Positions 1-10,728 of a stretch of 64,000 nucleotides of DNA are shown piece by piece. Position numbers and translations under genes: made by a program. Location of the stretch: positions 10,184 through 74,183 of the forward strand of contig JAZLJN010000002.1 in assembly GCA_045617885.1 (NCBI GenBank), read 5' to 3'. The notes beneath the pieces are model-generated. The model worked only from the letters and a program-made list of their open reading frames with translations, did no database searches and was not told the DNA's origin. Each line of letters starts with the position of its first letter. Positions within the stretch are counted from its first letter, which is position 1. The DNA comes from Bacteroidales bacterium. GTDB taxonomy: Bacteria > Bacteroidota > Bacteroidia > Bacteroidales > UBA3663.

Positions 1-2432
1 GGCGTGCGGAACTCATGGGAAATGTTCATGAAGAACTGCAGCTTTGCCTCATTGATAGCTTCATGCTGATGGTGTTCACGCAGACGGCGTCTGGTCTGCA
101 GTCGGCGCCAGAAGAGCAGTGCGCTCAATCCGATAAGCGCCAGTAAGATGCTCGCCCAGATAGTCCTTGCCCACCATGTACTGTACCAAGGGTAGGCAAT
201 GTCAATCTTGGAGGTTACAACCTCCGAACCTACACCGTCAAGAACTGCCTGATAACGGAATTCATGCAACCCGGATGACATGTGGCTGAATGAAACTCGG
301 TTCAGTCCTGGAGGAAGTGTCTGCCAGCGGTCGCCGTCCATCGAGTAACGGAAGATGACACGGCTGGTGAGCATGATAGGACGGGTGGCAAGCTCGATGG
401 TGAAGGCATGGCTGTCATCTGTGAGCTGATAGGTGCCAGTAGCATCCGGATGGATGGTTAGCTGATCCGAACGGCAGTCAACAATACGTACCACATATTG
501 TTGGGTCTGCTGATAAATGCTCAAAGGCTTGAACCAGGTGATACCGTTAGTTCCACCAAACCAAAGAGTGCCATCCTGATCACGCATGGCTGCATTCTTA
601 TAGAATTCGTTACCTTGCAGACCATCTCGAATCGTATAGTTGGTGACTTGTGACTGATTGATGTTGAGTTTGGAGAGTCCCGAGTTGCTACTCATCCAGA
701 TGTTGCCCTCATTGTCAATCAGTGAGGCGTATAGGTTGTCGTTAGGAAGACCCTCCTCGGTCGTATATCGGCGATGAATATGCGTCTCGCAGTCATAGAC
801 TATCAGTCCTTGATTGGTACAGAGTGCGAGTTTGTCGCCGGAGAAGCGCGTAATGCTGTAGATGATGTAGTCCGGAAATGTCTGTTCGGTAGTCAGACTA
901 TCGCCATTGATTGAGATGGTGTTCAGACCGTTGTATGATCCAACGTAAATCTTATCCTTCTCCGGATCATATTCAAGTGCACATGACCAGCGGCATTCAT
1001 TGTTGGTAGTGAGTACCTGACGGAATTCCTTGGCTGCTTCATTGTATCGCAGTAAGCCGAGTCCCATAGTGGCTGCCCAGATAGTTCCATGCTTGTCTTC
1101 AACAAATGAATATACGTTGGCAGAGAATCCGTCCTGTCCTGCAATCGGAAGATACTGGCAGTGACCTGTCTTGAGGTCAACTATACCACCGCCCTGGCTA
1201 TAGGATCCGAACCATACACGATTGCGAGAGTCCTCAAAGATACTCATGAACGAATGAGGCACCGAATTGGGTTGCATGGTGTATGGATAGTGTACCAGCG
1301 TCTGTCCCATTTGGTTGATGCCGTAAAGTCCACCGTTGTCAGTGGCAACCCAGATTGTGCCATCGTGCAGGCGAAGCATAGAGGTTACGCAGCGGTCGCC
1401 AATACAATTGTAGCGAACAGATTTCGGACCAAAATAGCGGAACTGAAGAGGATTGCGAGCCATTTCGAATACACCCTTCTGATAAAGCGCCATCCAGACC
1501 TCACCGTTCTTGGAGATACTTATGGAGTGAACTTTTTGTGTTGCTGCATCGATGCGGGCATCGTCATAGATAAAATTCGTAATCTGACCCGTCTGGCAGT
1601 CAAGTACCTTGGCACCGTCACCATCTGTGCCTACATACATCTGATGAGTGCCAGGCACTATGCAGAAGTCGCGCACGGCAAAATTCTGATTAGGCTGGGT
1701 GATGAGTTCGAAGTCATTCTTATGTTTGTCATACTGATAGATGCCACTGCCGCTACCTCCGGCAAAAATATTGCCGTCTGGATCACATACAAGTGTCTCA
1801 AAGAGAAGACGCTGACCGTTTGGGCGTATTGGTGCCAGATTACCCTTGGTATCCAGGCGGTACAGATCCTCATTTTCTTGTACTACCCAGATGTTTCCCT
1901 CCTTATCTTCTATCGAACGATGGGTGAACTGTACCTGATCCGTATAGGGATTTGCCAGCACAAGGAAATCGCCGCGCTCATCAACGCGGATGGTGAAAGT
2001 CTTATTTCCTGATACAAAAAAGTCTCCGTTGTGAAGGATGGAGATATGATTGACGTTTCCTTCGTTGACTCTGATGGCAGGATTAGTCAGCACCGGACTG
2101 AAGTCGTCCGTAGCAGGTCTATACACTTGCACTCCGGAAAGCGAGCCTATCAGTAAATGACCTTTGTCGTCAGCACATAGGGTGCGGACAAAGTTGTTAG
2201 CCAACGAATTCTTGTTGCCAGATTCGTGCCGATAAGTCTTGAATCGTGAGCCGTCAAAACGGCACAAACCATCCTCCGTGGCGACCCATATCATTTCATC
2301 CGGACCTTCCTCCACGTCATTGATAAGACTGTTTGGCAGTTCGCTGTCTGATGTGAAGAGTCGGTTGAACTGGGCAAATGCACACTGAATAGAACAACAA
2401 AATAAAAGAGTTAAAAACGTCAGTATTCGCAT
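1..2432 (-). CDS. Hybrid two-component sensor histidine kinase (periplasmic beta-propeller/Y_Y_Y sensor type). This is the N-terminal part; the 3' end runs off the window.
   Basis: Absent from the ORF track because there is no stop in the window. My translation from the ATG at 2432 reads MRILTFLTLLFCCSIQCAFAQFNRLFTSDSELPNSLINDVEEGPDEMIWVATEDGLCRFDGSRFKTYRHESGNKNSLANNFVRTL (signal peptide plus propeller-repeat motifs). The same frame at the window edge reads ...AINEAKLQFFMNISHEFRTP, a HisKA H-box. Confidence 0.85.
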   Translation of the reverse strand, partial: MRILTFLTLLFCCSIQCAFAQFNRLFTSDSELPNSLINDVEEGPDEMIWVATEDGLCRFDGSRFKTYRHESGNKNSLANNFVRTLCADDKGHLLIGSLSGVQVYRPATDDFSPVLTNPAIRVNEGNVNHISILHNGDFFVSGNKTFTIRVDERGDFLVLANPYTDQVQFTHRSIEDKEGNIWVVQENEDLYRLDTKGNLAPIRPNGQRLLFETLVCDPDGNIFAGGSGSGIYQYDKHKNDFELITQPNQNFAVRDFCIVPGTHQMYVGTDGDGAKVLDCQTGQITNFIYDDARIDAATQKVHSISISKNGEVWMALYQKGVFEMARNPLQFRYFGPKSVRYNCIGDRCVTSMLRLHDGTIWVATDNGGLYGINQMGQTLVHYPYTMQPNSVPHSFMSIFEDSRNRVWFGSYSQGGGIVDLKTGHCQYLPIAGQDGFSANVYSFVEDKHGTIWAATMGLGLLRYNEAAKEFRQVLTTNNECRWSCALEYDPEKDKIYVGSYNGLNTISINGDSLTTEQTFPDYIIYSITRFSGDKLALCTNQGLIVYDCETHIHRRYTTEEGLPNDNLYASLIDNEGNIWMSSNSGLSKLNINQSQVTNYTIRDGLQGNEFYKNAAMRDQDGTLWFGGTNGITWFKPLSIYQQTQQYVVRIVDCRSDQLTIHPDATGTYQLTDDSHAFTIELATRPIMLTSRVIFRYSMDGDRWQTLPPGLNRVSFSHMSSGLHEFRYQAVLDGVGSEVVTSKIDIAYPWYSTWWARTIWASILLALIGLSALLFWRRLQTRRRLREHHQHEAINEAKLQFFMNISHEFRT

Positions 2433-2468
2433 GGGTTAGATATACAAAAGAGTTCGATAACAAATTTT

Positions 2469-4280
2469 TTAAGATAATTCTAGTCCGAATGTGTTAATCA
2501 GGGCGGTAACGGTCTCTGGGTGAGACTTGCGGATCTCCTCAAGCTTCTCACGTGGCGTAAAGGCTCGCCGTATGCCTTGCACCTCATTCACCTCATATTC
2601 TATGGTGATATGAGAGTTGCGCAGCTGTGTCTTGAGGAAGGAGAGGATTCGATCCTGATTGGATGCAATGCGTTGCTTCTGTTCCTCATTCGGAACAATC
2701 AGCAGAACTTGCGTTCTTCCCTGAAGCTCTACCTGGCTGGTATGCATGGCTGTAGCTAACAGCTTTTCAGCAGGGATGGACTGAATGAAAGTATTCCATG
2801 TGCGCCGAAGCGCGGAGTCATCAAACGCATCATTCTGTTCCTGGACTGGCTGAACGGCAGCAGGAGTGGCAGATGGACTACTTGTAGAAAGTCCTCGAAG
2901 GGAGGGCATCATAGTGCGGCCCATATTTGCAGTGCGTGACTGCAGAACTGGCTGTGTGCCGGCTGGACGTTGCTGTACAGGTGCGGGCTGCGCTGCTGCA
3001 GGAGCCTGAACTGGTTGGGTTGCCACAGGACGCGCCATAGGTTGTGCTGCAGGCTGTGCTACAGTTCGTGGCTGTTGTACGGCAGGTGCAGTCTGAGGTT
3101 GTTGCTGCACAATCTGAGGTTGCTGTGCTGCTGGCGCATTGACCGGCTGCATGGCTGCACGCTGGGGTTGTGCTGGTTGTGCTACAGGATAGAGCAACTG
3201 ACAGATGCGCACAATGGCGAGCTCAACGGAGAGGCGTTTGTTGCGTGACTGGCGATAATTAAAGTCGCAGTCATTGGCTATCATGACAGCATTGTAGAGG
3301 AAGTAAGGTTTGCACATGGCTGCCTGCTGCGCGTAGCGTTGGGCAACTTCTTGTCCCGCTTCAATGAGCTGAATCGTGGCAGGATCGAGGCTAACCATCA
3401 GATCTCGCAAATGGCTTGCCCAGCCTCCGATGAAGTATTGTGGATCAAAACCGCGTCGTATCACCTGGTCAAGCATCATCAGCGCAGCTGGAACGTTACC
3501 TTGCAGTGCGGCATCAGTCAGGCGGAAGAAGAGCTCGTAGTCAAGGATATTAAGATTGTCAATTGTCTGCTGATAGGTGACGTTGCCTCCTGTAAAAGAG
3601 ACAATCTGGTCAAATACAGAGAGTGCATCACGCATACCGCCATCAGCCTTGCGTGCTATGACCTGCAGTGCCTGCTGTTCAGCCTTTACCCCCTCTTGGT
3701 CGGCAATATAACGGAGCTGGTCAACAATATCTTGCGCAGAGATGCGCTGGAAGTCGTATGTCTGGCAGCGGCTCAAAATAGTAGGGAGTATCTTCTGCTT
3801 CTCCGTGGTACACATCACGAATATAGCATGCTTGGGTGGCTCCTCAAGGGTCTTGAGGAAGGCGTTGAATGCCTGTGAGGACAGCATGTGTACCTCATCG
3901 ATGATGAAGACTTTGTATTTGCCTATCTGGGGAGGAATTTGTACCTGATCAATCAGCTCGCGAATGTTGTCAACGGAATTGTTGGATGCAGCATCCAGCT
4001 CATACACGTTGTACGAGCGCTGCTCGCTCATTGCCAGACAACTCTCACACGCATTACAGGCTTCACCTTCAGAAGTCCGGTGCTCACAGTTGATGGTCTT
4101 GGCAAAGATACGGGCGCAGGTGGTCTTGCCTACGCCGCGCGGACCGCAGAAGAGGTAGGCATGAGCCAGTTTGCCGCTCGCGATAGCGTTCTTGAGCGTC
4201 TGCACCAATGCCTTTTGTCCCACTACGGTATTGAACGTCGAAGGACGGTACTTGCGAGCCGATACGATATAATCTGCCAT
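2469..4280 (-). CDS. dnaX: DNA polymerase III subunit gamma/tau
   Basis: 603 aa. It has Walker A GPRGVGKTT, the clamp-loader motif LSRCQ, a Cys cluster CEHRTSEGEACNACESC, and a Q/P/A-rich tau linker. Confidence 0.95.
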   Translation of the reverse strand: MADYIVSARKYRPSTFNTVVGQKALVQTLKNAIASGKLAHAYLFCGPRGVGKTTCARIFAKTINCEHRTSEGEACNACESCLAMSEQRSYNVYELDAASNNSVDNIRELIDQVQIPPQIGKYKVFIIDEVHMLSSQAFNAFLKTLEEPPKHAIFVMCTTEKQKILPTILSRCQTYDFQRISAQDIVDQLRYIADQEGVKAEQQALQVIARKADGGMRDALSVFDQIVSFTGGNVTYQQTIDNLNILDYELFFRLTDAALQGNVPAALMMLDQVIRRGFDPQYFIGGWASHLRDLMVSLDPATIQLIEAGQEVAQRYAQQAAMCKPYFLYNAVMIANDCDFNYRQSRNKRLSVELAIVRICQLLYPVAQPAQPQRAAMQPVNAPAAQQPQIVQQQPQTAPAVQQPRTVAQPAAQPMARPVATQPVQAPAAAQPAPVQQRPAGTQPVLQSRTANMGRTMMPSLRGLSTSSPSATPAAVQPVQEQNDAFDDSALRRTWNTFIQSIPAEKLLATAMHTSQVELQGRTQVLLIVPNEEQKQRIASNQDRILSFLKTQLRNSHITIEYEVNEVQGIRRAFTPREKLEEIRKSHPETVTALINTFGLELS

Positions 4281-4383
4281 GGACCTTTTAGTGTTAGTTT
4301 TTTATTTACGGTGCAAATATACATAAAAAATCGAAACAGCGGACATGTTTTCTGCTTTTTTTTACTCTTTTACACAATATTTT

Positions 4384-4427
4384 AAAACAAAAAGCGCTCC
4401 AAAAGCCTTTTCGGGACTCTGGAGCGC
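4384..4427 (-). terminator. Intrinsic terminator downstream of asd
   Basis: Stem GCGCTCCA (4394-4401) pairs with TGGAGCGC (4420-4427). On the minus strand the hairpin is followed by TTTTTGTTTT. Confidence 0.6.
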
Positions 4428-4449
4428 ATGTATCTGTATAGCGGATAGC

Positions 4450-5466
4450 TTACTTCTGTAAGCCATTGTTGGCAATCAGCCATTCTGCAATCTGTACAGC
4501 ATTCAGTGCTGCACCCTTCTTAATCTGGTCACCAACCAGCCAGAAGGTCAAGCCGTTGTCATTAGCAAGATCCTTACGTACACGACCTACATAGACATCA
4601 TCCTTGCCAGCCAGGAAGAGTGGCATAGGATAAACCTTGTTTGCAGGGTCGTCCATGAGCTGTACGCCCTCGCCCTTGCGGATAGCCTCCTGGAAAGCCT
4701 CTACGCTGACAGGCTCCTCTGTCTCAACCCACACAGCTTCAGAGTGGCTGCGGAGTGAAGGAACACGTACACACATGGCTGAACATGCTGCATCAGTGTG
4801 CATGATCTTGCGTGTCTCGTTGAACATCTTCATCTCCTCCTTGGTGTAGCCATTGTCTGTGAATACGTCAATCTGTGGGATGACATTGTATGCGAGCTGG
4901 TAAGCAAATTTTTCAACGGTAACAGGCTCACCGTTAAGTACCTGACGATATTGGGTTTCCAGTTCCTTCATGGCAACAGCGCCTGCGCCAGAAGCAGCCT
5001 GATAAGAGGCAATATGAATGCGCTTGATGTGGCTGATCTGCTCAAGGCACTGCAGTACTACAACCATCATTATTGTGGTGCAGTTAGGATTGGCAATGAT
5101 ACCACGAGGACGCACCAGAGCGTCAGCCGCGTTGCACTCAGGTACTACGAGCGGAACGTCAGGATCCATACGGAAAGCTGAAGAGTTGTCAATCATGACA
5201 GCTCCGTACTTGGTGATGTCGGCAGCGAACTCCTTTGAGGTACCGCCACCTGCTGAAGTGAAGGCAATGTCCACACCGCGGAAGTCCTCTGGGTTGTGGG
5301 TGAGCTCCTTGACTACAATGTCCTTGCCTCGGAAATTATAAGTGCGGCCCGCACTGCGTGAGGAACCGAAGAGTAGAAGCTCGTCAATAGGGAAGTTACG
5401 CTCAGCGAGTACCTGAAGGAACTCCTGGCCGACAGCGCCACTGGCGCCAACAATAGCTACTTTCAT
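4450..5466 (-). CDS. asd: Aspartate-semialdehyde dehydrogenase
   Basis: [16 protein letters not shown] is an NAD-binding start, and the product is Asd-like throughout (NPNCTTI active-site Cys region). The upstream ATGs at 5502 and 5487 lie at or upstream of a minus-strand TACCTTTG box (5500-5507), so I set the start at 5466. Confidence 0.9.
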   Translation of the reverse strand: MKVAIVGASGAVGQEFLQVLAERNFPIDELLLFGSSRSAGRTYNFRGKDIVVKELTHNPEDFRGVDIAFTSAGGGTSKEFAADITKYGAVMIDNSSAFRMDPDVPLVVPECNAADALVRPRGIIANPNCTTIMMVVVLQCLEQISHIKRIHIASYQAASGAGAVAMKELETQYRQVLNGEPVTVEKFAYQLAYNVIPQIDVFTDNGYTKEEMKMFNETRKIMHTDAACSAMCVRVPSLRSHSEAVWVETEEPVSVEAFQEAIRKGEGVQLMDDPANKVYPMPLFLAGKDDVYVGRVRKDLANDNGLTFWLVGDQIKKGAALNAVQIAEWLIANNGLQK

Positions 5467-5670
5467 TGATTTCTTATTATTATTCATTTGAATGGGGTGC
5501 AAAGGTAGGCAAAAAAGTGGTTATTTGCACCTTAACGTGCATAAAAAAATATCAGAATGTATGAAAATCGGGATTTTTTCCTTTTATTGCTATGCGGATT
5601 TGCTCAAAATGGAAAAAATATCTATCTTTGCGACCGCTATTAAAAAATGCAGGAACATAGATAAAAGACA

Positions 5671-6474
5671 ATGAACAGCGTAACACAACAGGAAAGAGAG
5701 ATGCAGCAGCGAGAAGCACTGCTGCTGGGCGATGAAGCAATGGAACGCCTTCATGCCATGCGTGTAATCGTCTTTGGCGTAGGCGGCGTAGGCAGCTGGT
5801 GCGCTGAGGCACTGGTGCGTTCTGGTATCCGGCGGATAACTATAGTAGATTCAGATACAGTCTGCATTACCAACTGTAATCGTCAGCTGATGGCTTTGCC
5901 TGCCAATATCGGTCGCGTGAAGGTTGAGGCAATGAAAGAACGTCTTTTGGCACTCAATCCTGACTGCGAAGTGACGGCGCTGGCACAGCGCTATACGCCC
6001 GAAAGTGCGGAGAGTTTCAGGTTGGAGCAATATGATGCAGTGGTCGATGCCATTGACAGCCTGGAATGCAAGGCTCATCTCATCCTTCATGCTACCCGCA
6101 TCAGCAAGGCGCTTGATCGCGGCGAACTGAAGGGCGAAGGTTTGGCTCGAAAGCTTACGTTGGTCAGTTCGATGGGTGCGGCGCTGAGGCTTGACCCATT
6201 CAGTGTGCGTCAGAGCGAATTCTGGAATATTCAGGGCGACGCTTTGGCTCGTGCTTTGCGCAATAAATTCAAGAAGTGCGACCAGTATCCTGCCAAAAAG
6301 TTCCGCTGTGTGTATAGCATCGAGCCCGCCATGAAAAATCTGGGCGACCAGCATCCAGTAGAGGTGCTGGAGGGGCAGAAGCGTGCTCAAATCAACGGAT
6401 CGGTGGTGCAGATTACTGCAGTATTCGGCATGGCAATTGCCTCGATTATCATCAATGAAGTTCTACAACGGTGA
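5671..6474 (+). CDS. tcdA: tRNA threonylcarbamoyladenosine dehydratase (ThiF/HesA/MoeB family)
   Basis: 267 aa. It has the Rossmann motif VFGVGGVGSW and the DSDTVCITNCNRQ region. A TATCTTTG box lies at 5623-5630. Confidence 0.8.
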   Translation: MNSVTQQEREMQQREALLLGDEAMERLHAMRVIVFGVGGVGSWCAEALVRSGIRRITIVDSDTVCITNCNRQLMALPANIGRVKVEAMKERLLALNPDCEVTALAQRYTPESAESFRLEQYDAVVDAIDSLECKAHLILHATRISKALDRGELKGEGLARKLTLVSSMGAALRLDPFSVRQSEFWNIQGDALARALRNKFKKCDQYPAKKFRCVYSIEPAMKNLGDQHPVEVLEGQKRAQINGSVVQITAVFGMAIASIIINEVLQR

Positions 6475-9148
6475 TGCCTGTACCACCAAACTGGACATGC
6501 TCGTCATGATAGTCAGCAACGCCTGGCACGGTGCCGAGATACTGACGGATCGCCATGCGCAGCGCTCCCGTTCCTGTACCATGAAGGATGCGTACCTGTC
6601 CCATTGAGAGCAATACCGCATCATCAATGAAATACATTACAGCCTGTAAAGCTTCGTCTGCTCTCATGCCTCGCACGTCAATCTCCTGCTTAAAGTTCTT
6701 GCGTCGCTCGCTCATCATATCAATGGCTCCCTTGCCGATGGTATCAGCCAGATGGGAAGATACGGTGGTGGCAGCATCTCGCTTCGCCTGATTGCGTGAT
6801 ACGGCTTCAAGACGGCTCATGTCCACAAAGCTTTTTATCAGGCCGAATGATACCTGACACTGTCTGCCACAGATGGCAAGGACTTCTCCCGTGGTCTGTT
6901 GTCCTTTCAGACGGACAAAGGATCCTACAGTGATGGCTCCTTCCGTCTGCGCAGCATTTGCCGTTTGGGTGCTGGAGCCTTTAGCATTTTCTCTGCCATT
7001 TAATGGAGTTTTTGCCTCCGCTTCTTCCTGATGAACAGGTTTCTGCGTTTTCTCCTTGAACTTTTCATGTTCGGCACGGATCTTTCGTGTTGCCTCTTTC
7101 TCTGCCTTTGCTTCCTTAATGTCCTTGATGGTTTTCTCGATGCGAGCATTGGCCTGTTGCAGGAGAGTTGAAGCCTCATCGCGTGCCTTTTCAAGCACCT
7201 CCTGACGCTTCTGTTTCAGTTCACGGGTCGTCTCGTCATACTCCTGCGTCTTTTGCTCCAGTTCCTTCTCCTGCTGATGTACCTTCTGACGCTTCTGCTC
7301 CCAATATCGCTTGTCGCGGCTGATATCCTGCAGATACTTATCCATATTGACATAATCACTGCCCACGATGCGCTTGGCCTCCTCAATCACATCGTTGGGC
7401 AGACCTATTTTATGTGCAATCTCAAGGGCAAAGGATGATCCCGGACGTCCAATCTCCAGACGGAACAGTGGTTTCATGCCGCCTCGGTCATAGAGCATGG
7501 CTCCGTTGATGATACCAGGAGTCTCGTCAGCAAAAAGTTTCAGGTTGGTGAAGTGGGTCGTGATCACACCGTTGACCTGCTGGTTGTTGAGCTTGCCCAG
7601 CAGAGCTTGCGCAATGGCGCCACCAATTTGTGGCTCGGTTCCAGAACCAAACTCATCAATCAGGACAAGCGTGCCGTTAGATCCGGTAAATCCTGCATGC
7701 GGACGGCGGTAACCATTACAGTTGCGTACAAAGAACTTCATGTTCTGCAGATGGCTGGAGTAGGTTGACAGGTCGTTGTCAATACTCTGTTCATCACCGA
7801 TATCCACAAAGATATGATCAAAGATGCCGCACTGCGAATTCTCACGCATCGGCACAGCCAGTCCGTGCTGTAGCATGTATTGCACCAGTCCGAGTGTCTC
7901 CAGGCAGACCGATTTGCCGCCCGCATTCGGACCAGAAATGAGCACGATGCGCTGCTTTTTATGGTCAAGTAAGATGTCAAGCGGTACCACAACCTTTGGC
8001 CGTGGTATATCAAGCTCCACCCCATTCTCATCAAGTACCGGTTTGTGATGGGCGCGGTACTGTTTTTCCCAGTCAGAAGGGATGGCAAAACCTCCCTCGC
8101 CATTCGAGTAGATTCCCAGTCGCTCATTGTGCTTTTTGTACCTTATATATAATAAAGGGTGGCGAGCCTGTACCCAGTCGGTAATATTCTGGTCCGAGAG
8201 AGTTGGCACAATGCCCTCAATGCTTTGTGCAAAACGTACCTTTGCCCGGAGGAAATCAATCTCTCCCAGAAAATCATAGCCCGCCAGCATGGAATCTACT
8301 TCCGGTCGGATCTGGTCAGAGATAGCGGTCAGGATTCGGATAATCTCCTGGCGCTCCTCGCCCTCAAGTTCACGGATGCGATTGTTGGCTTCTACTACTT
8401 CTGCTGGCTCTACATAGAGCGTCTTTCCTGTGGCAGACTCATCATGGACTATACCCTTCAGCTTACGTTTGCTTGATGGTGGGATAGGGATGACAAGACG
8501 TCCGTCACGCATCGTGGGCGTAGTTTCTTTATCAACAAATCCCTCTGCTTGAGCGTTACGCAGGATGCTGTTGAGCAGACGTCCGATGCTGGAAAGGTTT
8601 CGCGCCATCTCGTGACGGATTTCCGCCAGGGCAGGGGAGGCGTTATCTTTGATCTCACCAGTAGGGGTAAGCGTCTGGTCAATCTTGCGGATGATGTCAG
8701 GGAAGGTTACTACGTCAGCTGCCAATGCCTGAAGCAGTGGAAACTGAGCAGAGAAACTGATGTTTGCCGAACCACCCAATCCGTCATCTATGCGGAACTC
8801 CTGTCCTTCACGCGGATTGAGATAACGCACCAGCGCTTCGATTGTGCGGAGAGAACGCAGCAGATCGAAGAGCTCTTCTGTCTCCATAAACGTGCCGGCA
8901 AGGCGCACGCGTTTGAGAGCTGTGGTCAGATCGAAGAAACTGTCAGTGGGCAGAGGCTGTGATGCGCGTTCCATGAGAATCTTCATCTCTGACAGCAGGC
9001 TCAACTGATGCTGCAGAGCTCTGCGGTCAGTCATAAACTGCATATCGTCAACACGCCGGGCACCCAGTGCGCATAGGGTACTCTGCCTTACCAGATTGCG
9101 AATCTTGTCAAATCCGAGTTTTTCTTCGAAGTTGTGTGGGTAAATCAT
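6452..9148 (-). CDS. mutS2: Endonuclease MutS2
   Basis: 898 aa. It has an MIYPHNFEEKLGFDKI N-terminus, Walker A GPNAGGKS, a K/E-rich coiled coil, and a C-terminal Smr domain (IDVRGMRADEAL...LHGTGTGALR). Confidence 0.95.
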   Translation of the reverse strand: MIYPHNFEEKLGFDKIRNLVRQSTLCALGARRVDDMQFMTDRRALQHQLSLLSEMKILMERASQPLPTDSFFDLTTALKRVRLAGTFMETEELFDLLRSLRTIEALVRYLNPREGQEFRIDDGLGGSANISFSAQFPLLQALAADVVTFPDIIRKIDQTLTPTGEIKDNASPALAEIRHEMARNLSSIGRLLNSILRNAQAEGFVDKETTPTMRDGRLVIPIPPSSKRKLKGIVHDESATGKTLYVEPAEVVEANNRIRELEGEERQEIIRILTAISDQIRPEVDSMLAGYDFLGEIDFLRAKVRFAQSIEGIVPTLSDQNITDWVQARHPLLYIRYKKHNERLGIYSNGEGGFAIPSDWEKQYRAHHKPVLDENGVELDIPRPKVVVPLDILLDHKKQRIVLISGPNAGGKSVCLETLGLVQYMLQHGLAVPMRENSQCGIFDHIFVDIGDEQSIDNDLSTYSSHLQNMKFFVRNCNGYRRPHAGFTGSNGTLVLIDEFGSGTEPQIGGAIAQALLGKLNNQQVNGVITTHFTNLKLFADETPGIINGAMLYDRGGMKPLFRLEIGRPGSSFALEIAHKIGLPNDVIEEAKRIVGSDYVNMDKYLQDISRDKRYWEQKRQKVHQQEKELEQKTQEYDETTRELKQKRQEVLEKARDEASTLLQQANARIEKTIKDIKEAKAEKEATRKIRAEHEKFKEKTQKPVHQEEAEAKTPLNGRENAKGSSTQTANAAQTEGAITVGSFVRLKGQQTTGEVLAICGRQCQVSFGLIKSFVDMSRLEAVSRNQAKRDAATTVSSHLADTIGKGAIDMMSERRKNFKQEIDVRGMRADEALQAVMYFIDDAVLLSMGQVRILHGTGTGALRMAIRQYLGTVPGVADYHDEHVQFGGTGITVVELH

Positions 9149-9261
9149 ATAATGAATTCAACGATGCAAAAAACTCTGCAAAGATAGCGAGTATCAGCGA
9201 AAACTCCAAATTCTTACTCTGTTTTTTTGTTAAAGTGAAGAAAAGGCACTATCTTTGCCCC

Positions 9262-10521
9262 ATGAAAATTGCTATTATAGGTGCTGGCGCCGCCGGTTGT
9301 TTCTGCGCCATTCAGCTGAAAAGGGCATTGAAGGATGCCACTGTGGAGGTACTGGAAGCGGCACATAAACCGCTGATGAAGGTGGCTGTTACGGGCGGTG
9401 GCCGTTGCAACCTGACCAATACCTTCCGTGATGTCAGAAGCCTGCAGCAGGTCTATCCTCGTGGGCATAAGCTGATGCAGCGCCTGTTTCATCAGTTCGA
9501 CCACGAACGACTGATGGCATGGTTTGAGTCAGAAGGAGTGCGTCTGACCGTTCAGCCAGACCAGTGCGTCTTCCCAGTCAGCCAGGATGCCATGCAGATT
9601 GTGCATACACTTCTTCATGCCATGGAGCGTGAAAGCGTAATTCTTGCTTGCGGTCAGCGGGTCCAAGAGATCTGTCCTGATCCTGCTTCAGGTAGTGGCT
9701 ATCTGGTGAAGACCGAACAGCGGCAGAGCCGTTACGATGCCGTTGTGGTCACAGCAGGAGGTCAGCCGAAGCTCTCTGGTTTGGATTTCCTTCAGCCGCT
9801 GTCGCTCCATCTGGAGGCACCCGTTCCCTCTCTCTTCACCTTTAAGATTGTTAGTCCCATTACGGAACTGATGGGTGTGGTAGTAGAGAATACGGTAGTC
9901 TCGCTTGCAGGCACAAAGATGAAAGCTTCAGGTCCGCTGCTTATCACCCATTGGGGAATGTCCGGACCCGCTATTCTCAAATTGTCAAGCCATGCCGCCC
10001 GTCATCTTTCCGAGCAGCAATACCGCGGGCAGCTCATCATAAATTGGTTGGGCGATAGAAGTGAAGAGGAGGTGAGGAGCGAACTGGAAGATCTGTTGGA
10101 GCACAATCCGCAGAAGCAGATTGGTACCCTGCACTTGTCGTCACGCCAGGCGCTGAAGAGCGGCGCAGTCTCACCCATTACTACTCGCCTTTGGCACTTT
10201 CTGCTCAACGCGAGCGGCATTGCTCCTGAACGTCGTTGCGCGGAGGTGGGACACAAGCAGCTCAACCGGCTTGTCACTTCGCTGACCGCTAATGTTTATG
10301 GCATTACGGGACAAAGTCGGTTCAAGGAGGAGTTCGTTACCTGTGGAGGAGTAGCGCTTGATAATGTCAATCCCAACACATTGGAGTGCCGACAGCATCC
10401 TGGTCTTTACCTTGCGGGTGAAGTGCTTGACGTAGATGCTGTGACGGGAGGATTTAATCTTCAGGCAGCATGGACCATGGGTTACTGTGTGGCGGCTGCT
10501 ATTGCGCAAAAAAGTGTGTAA
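9262..10521 (+). CDS. NAD(P)/FAD-dependent oxidoreductase, HI0933/BaiN-like flavoprotein
   Basis: MKIAIIGAGAAGCF dinucleotide-binding start, GGGRCNLTN motif, and a C-terminal GEVLDVDAVTGGFNLQ. The ORF-track start at 9067 is replaced because a TATCTTTG box sits at 9250-9257. Confidence 0.85.
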   Translation: MKIAIIGAGAAGCFCAIQLKRALKDATVEVLEAAHKPLMKVAVTGGGRCNLTNTFRDVRSLQQVYPRGHKLMQRLFHQFDHERLMAWFESEGVRLTVQPDQCVFPVSQDAMQIVHTLLHAMERESVILACGQRVQEICPDPASGSGYLVKTEQRQSRYDAVVVTAGGQPKLSGLDFLQPLSLHLEAPVPSLFTFKIVSPITELMGVVVENTVVSLAGTKMKASGPLLITHWGMSGPAILKLSSHAARHLSEQQYRGQLIINWLGDRSEEEVRSELEDLLEHNPQKQIGTLHLSSRQALKSGAVSPITTRLWHFLLNASGIAPERRCAEVGHKQLNRLVTSLTANVYGITGQSRFKEEFVTCGGVALDNVNPNTLECRQHPGLYLAGEVLDVDAVTGGFNLQAAWTMGYCVAAAIAQKSV

Positions 10522-10728
10522 TCGTGGGAAGTGCATTCCGCGAAATGATATGTAGAGTTTGCTTTGCACGCATTTTTATGCAAAGTGCATGGTTTTTTGT
10601 TTGCATGGCGTTCCACCATCTATTAAAAAGATGTATCTTTGCGCTGCAAGAATGTGCAATTTCTGTAGTCAGACAGATTATTTCACCAATTTGAAAAACA
10701 ATAATTATAAACTAATACAACACTTACC

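Noticed and set aside
1161-2012. 283-aa plus-strand ORF (GTG start)
   Set aside because: It lies entirely antisense to the well-supported hybrid sensor kinase gene and has a low-complexity, motif-free translation.
2900-3200. Highly repetitive GCTGC/CAGC-rich nucleotide stretch
   Set aside because: It encodes the Q/P/A-rich flexible linker of DnaX tau (…AQPQRAAMQPVNAPAAQQPQIVQQQPQ…). This is protein low-complexity, not a DNA repeat element.
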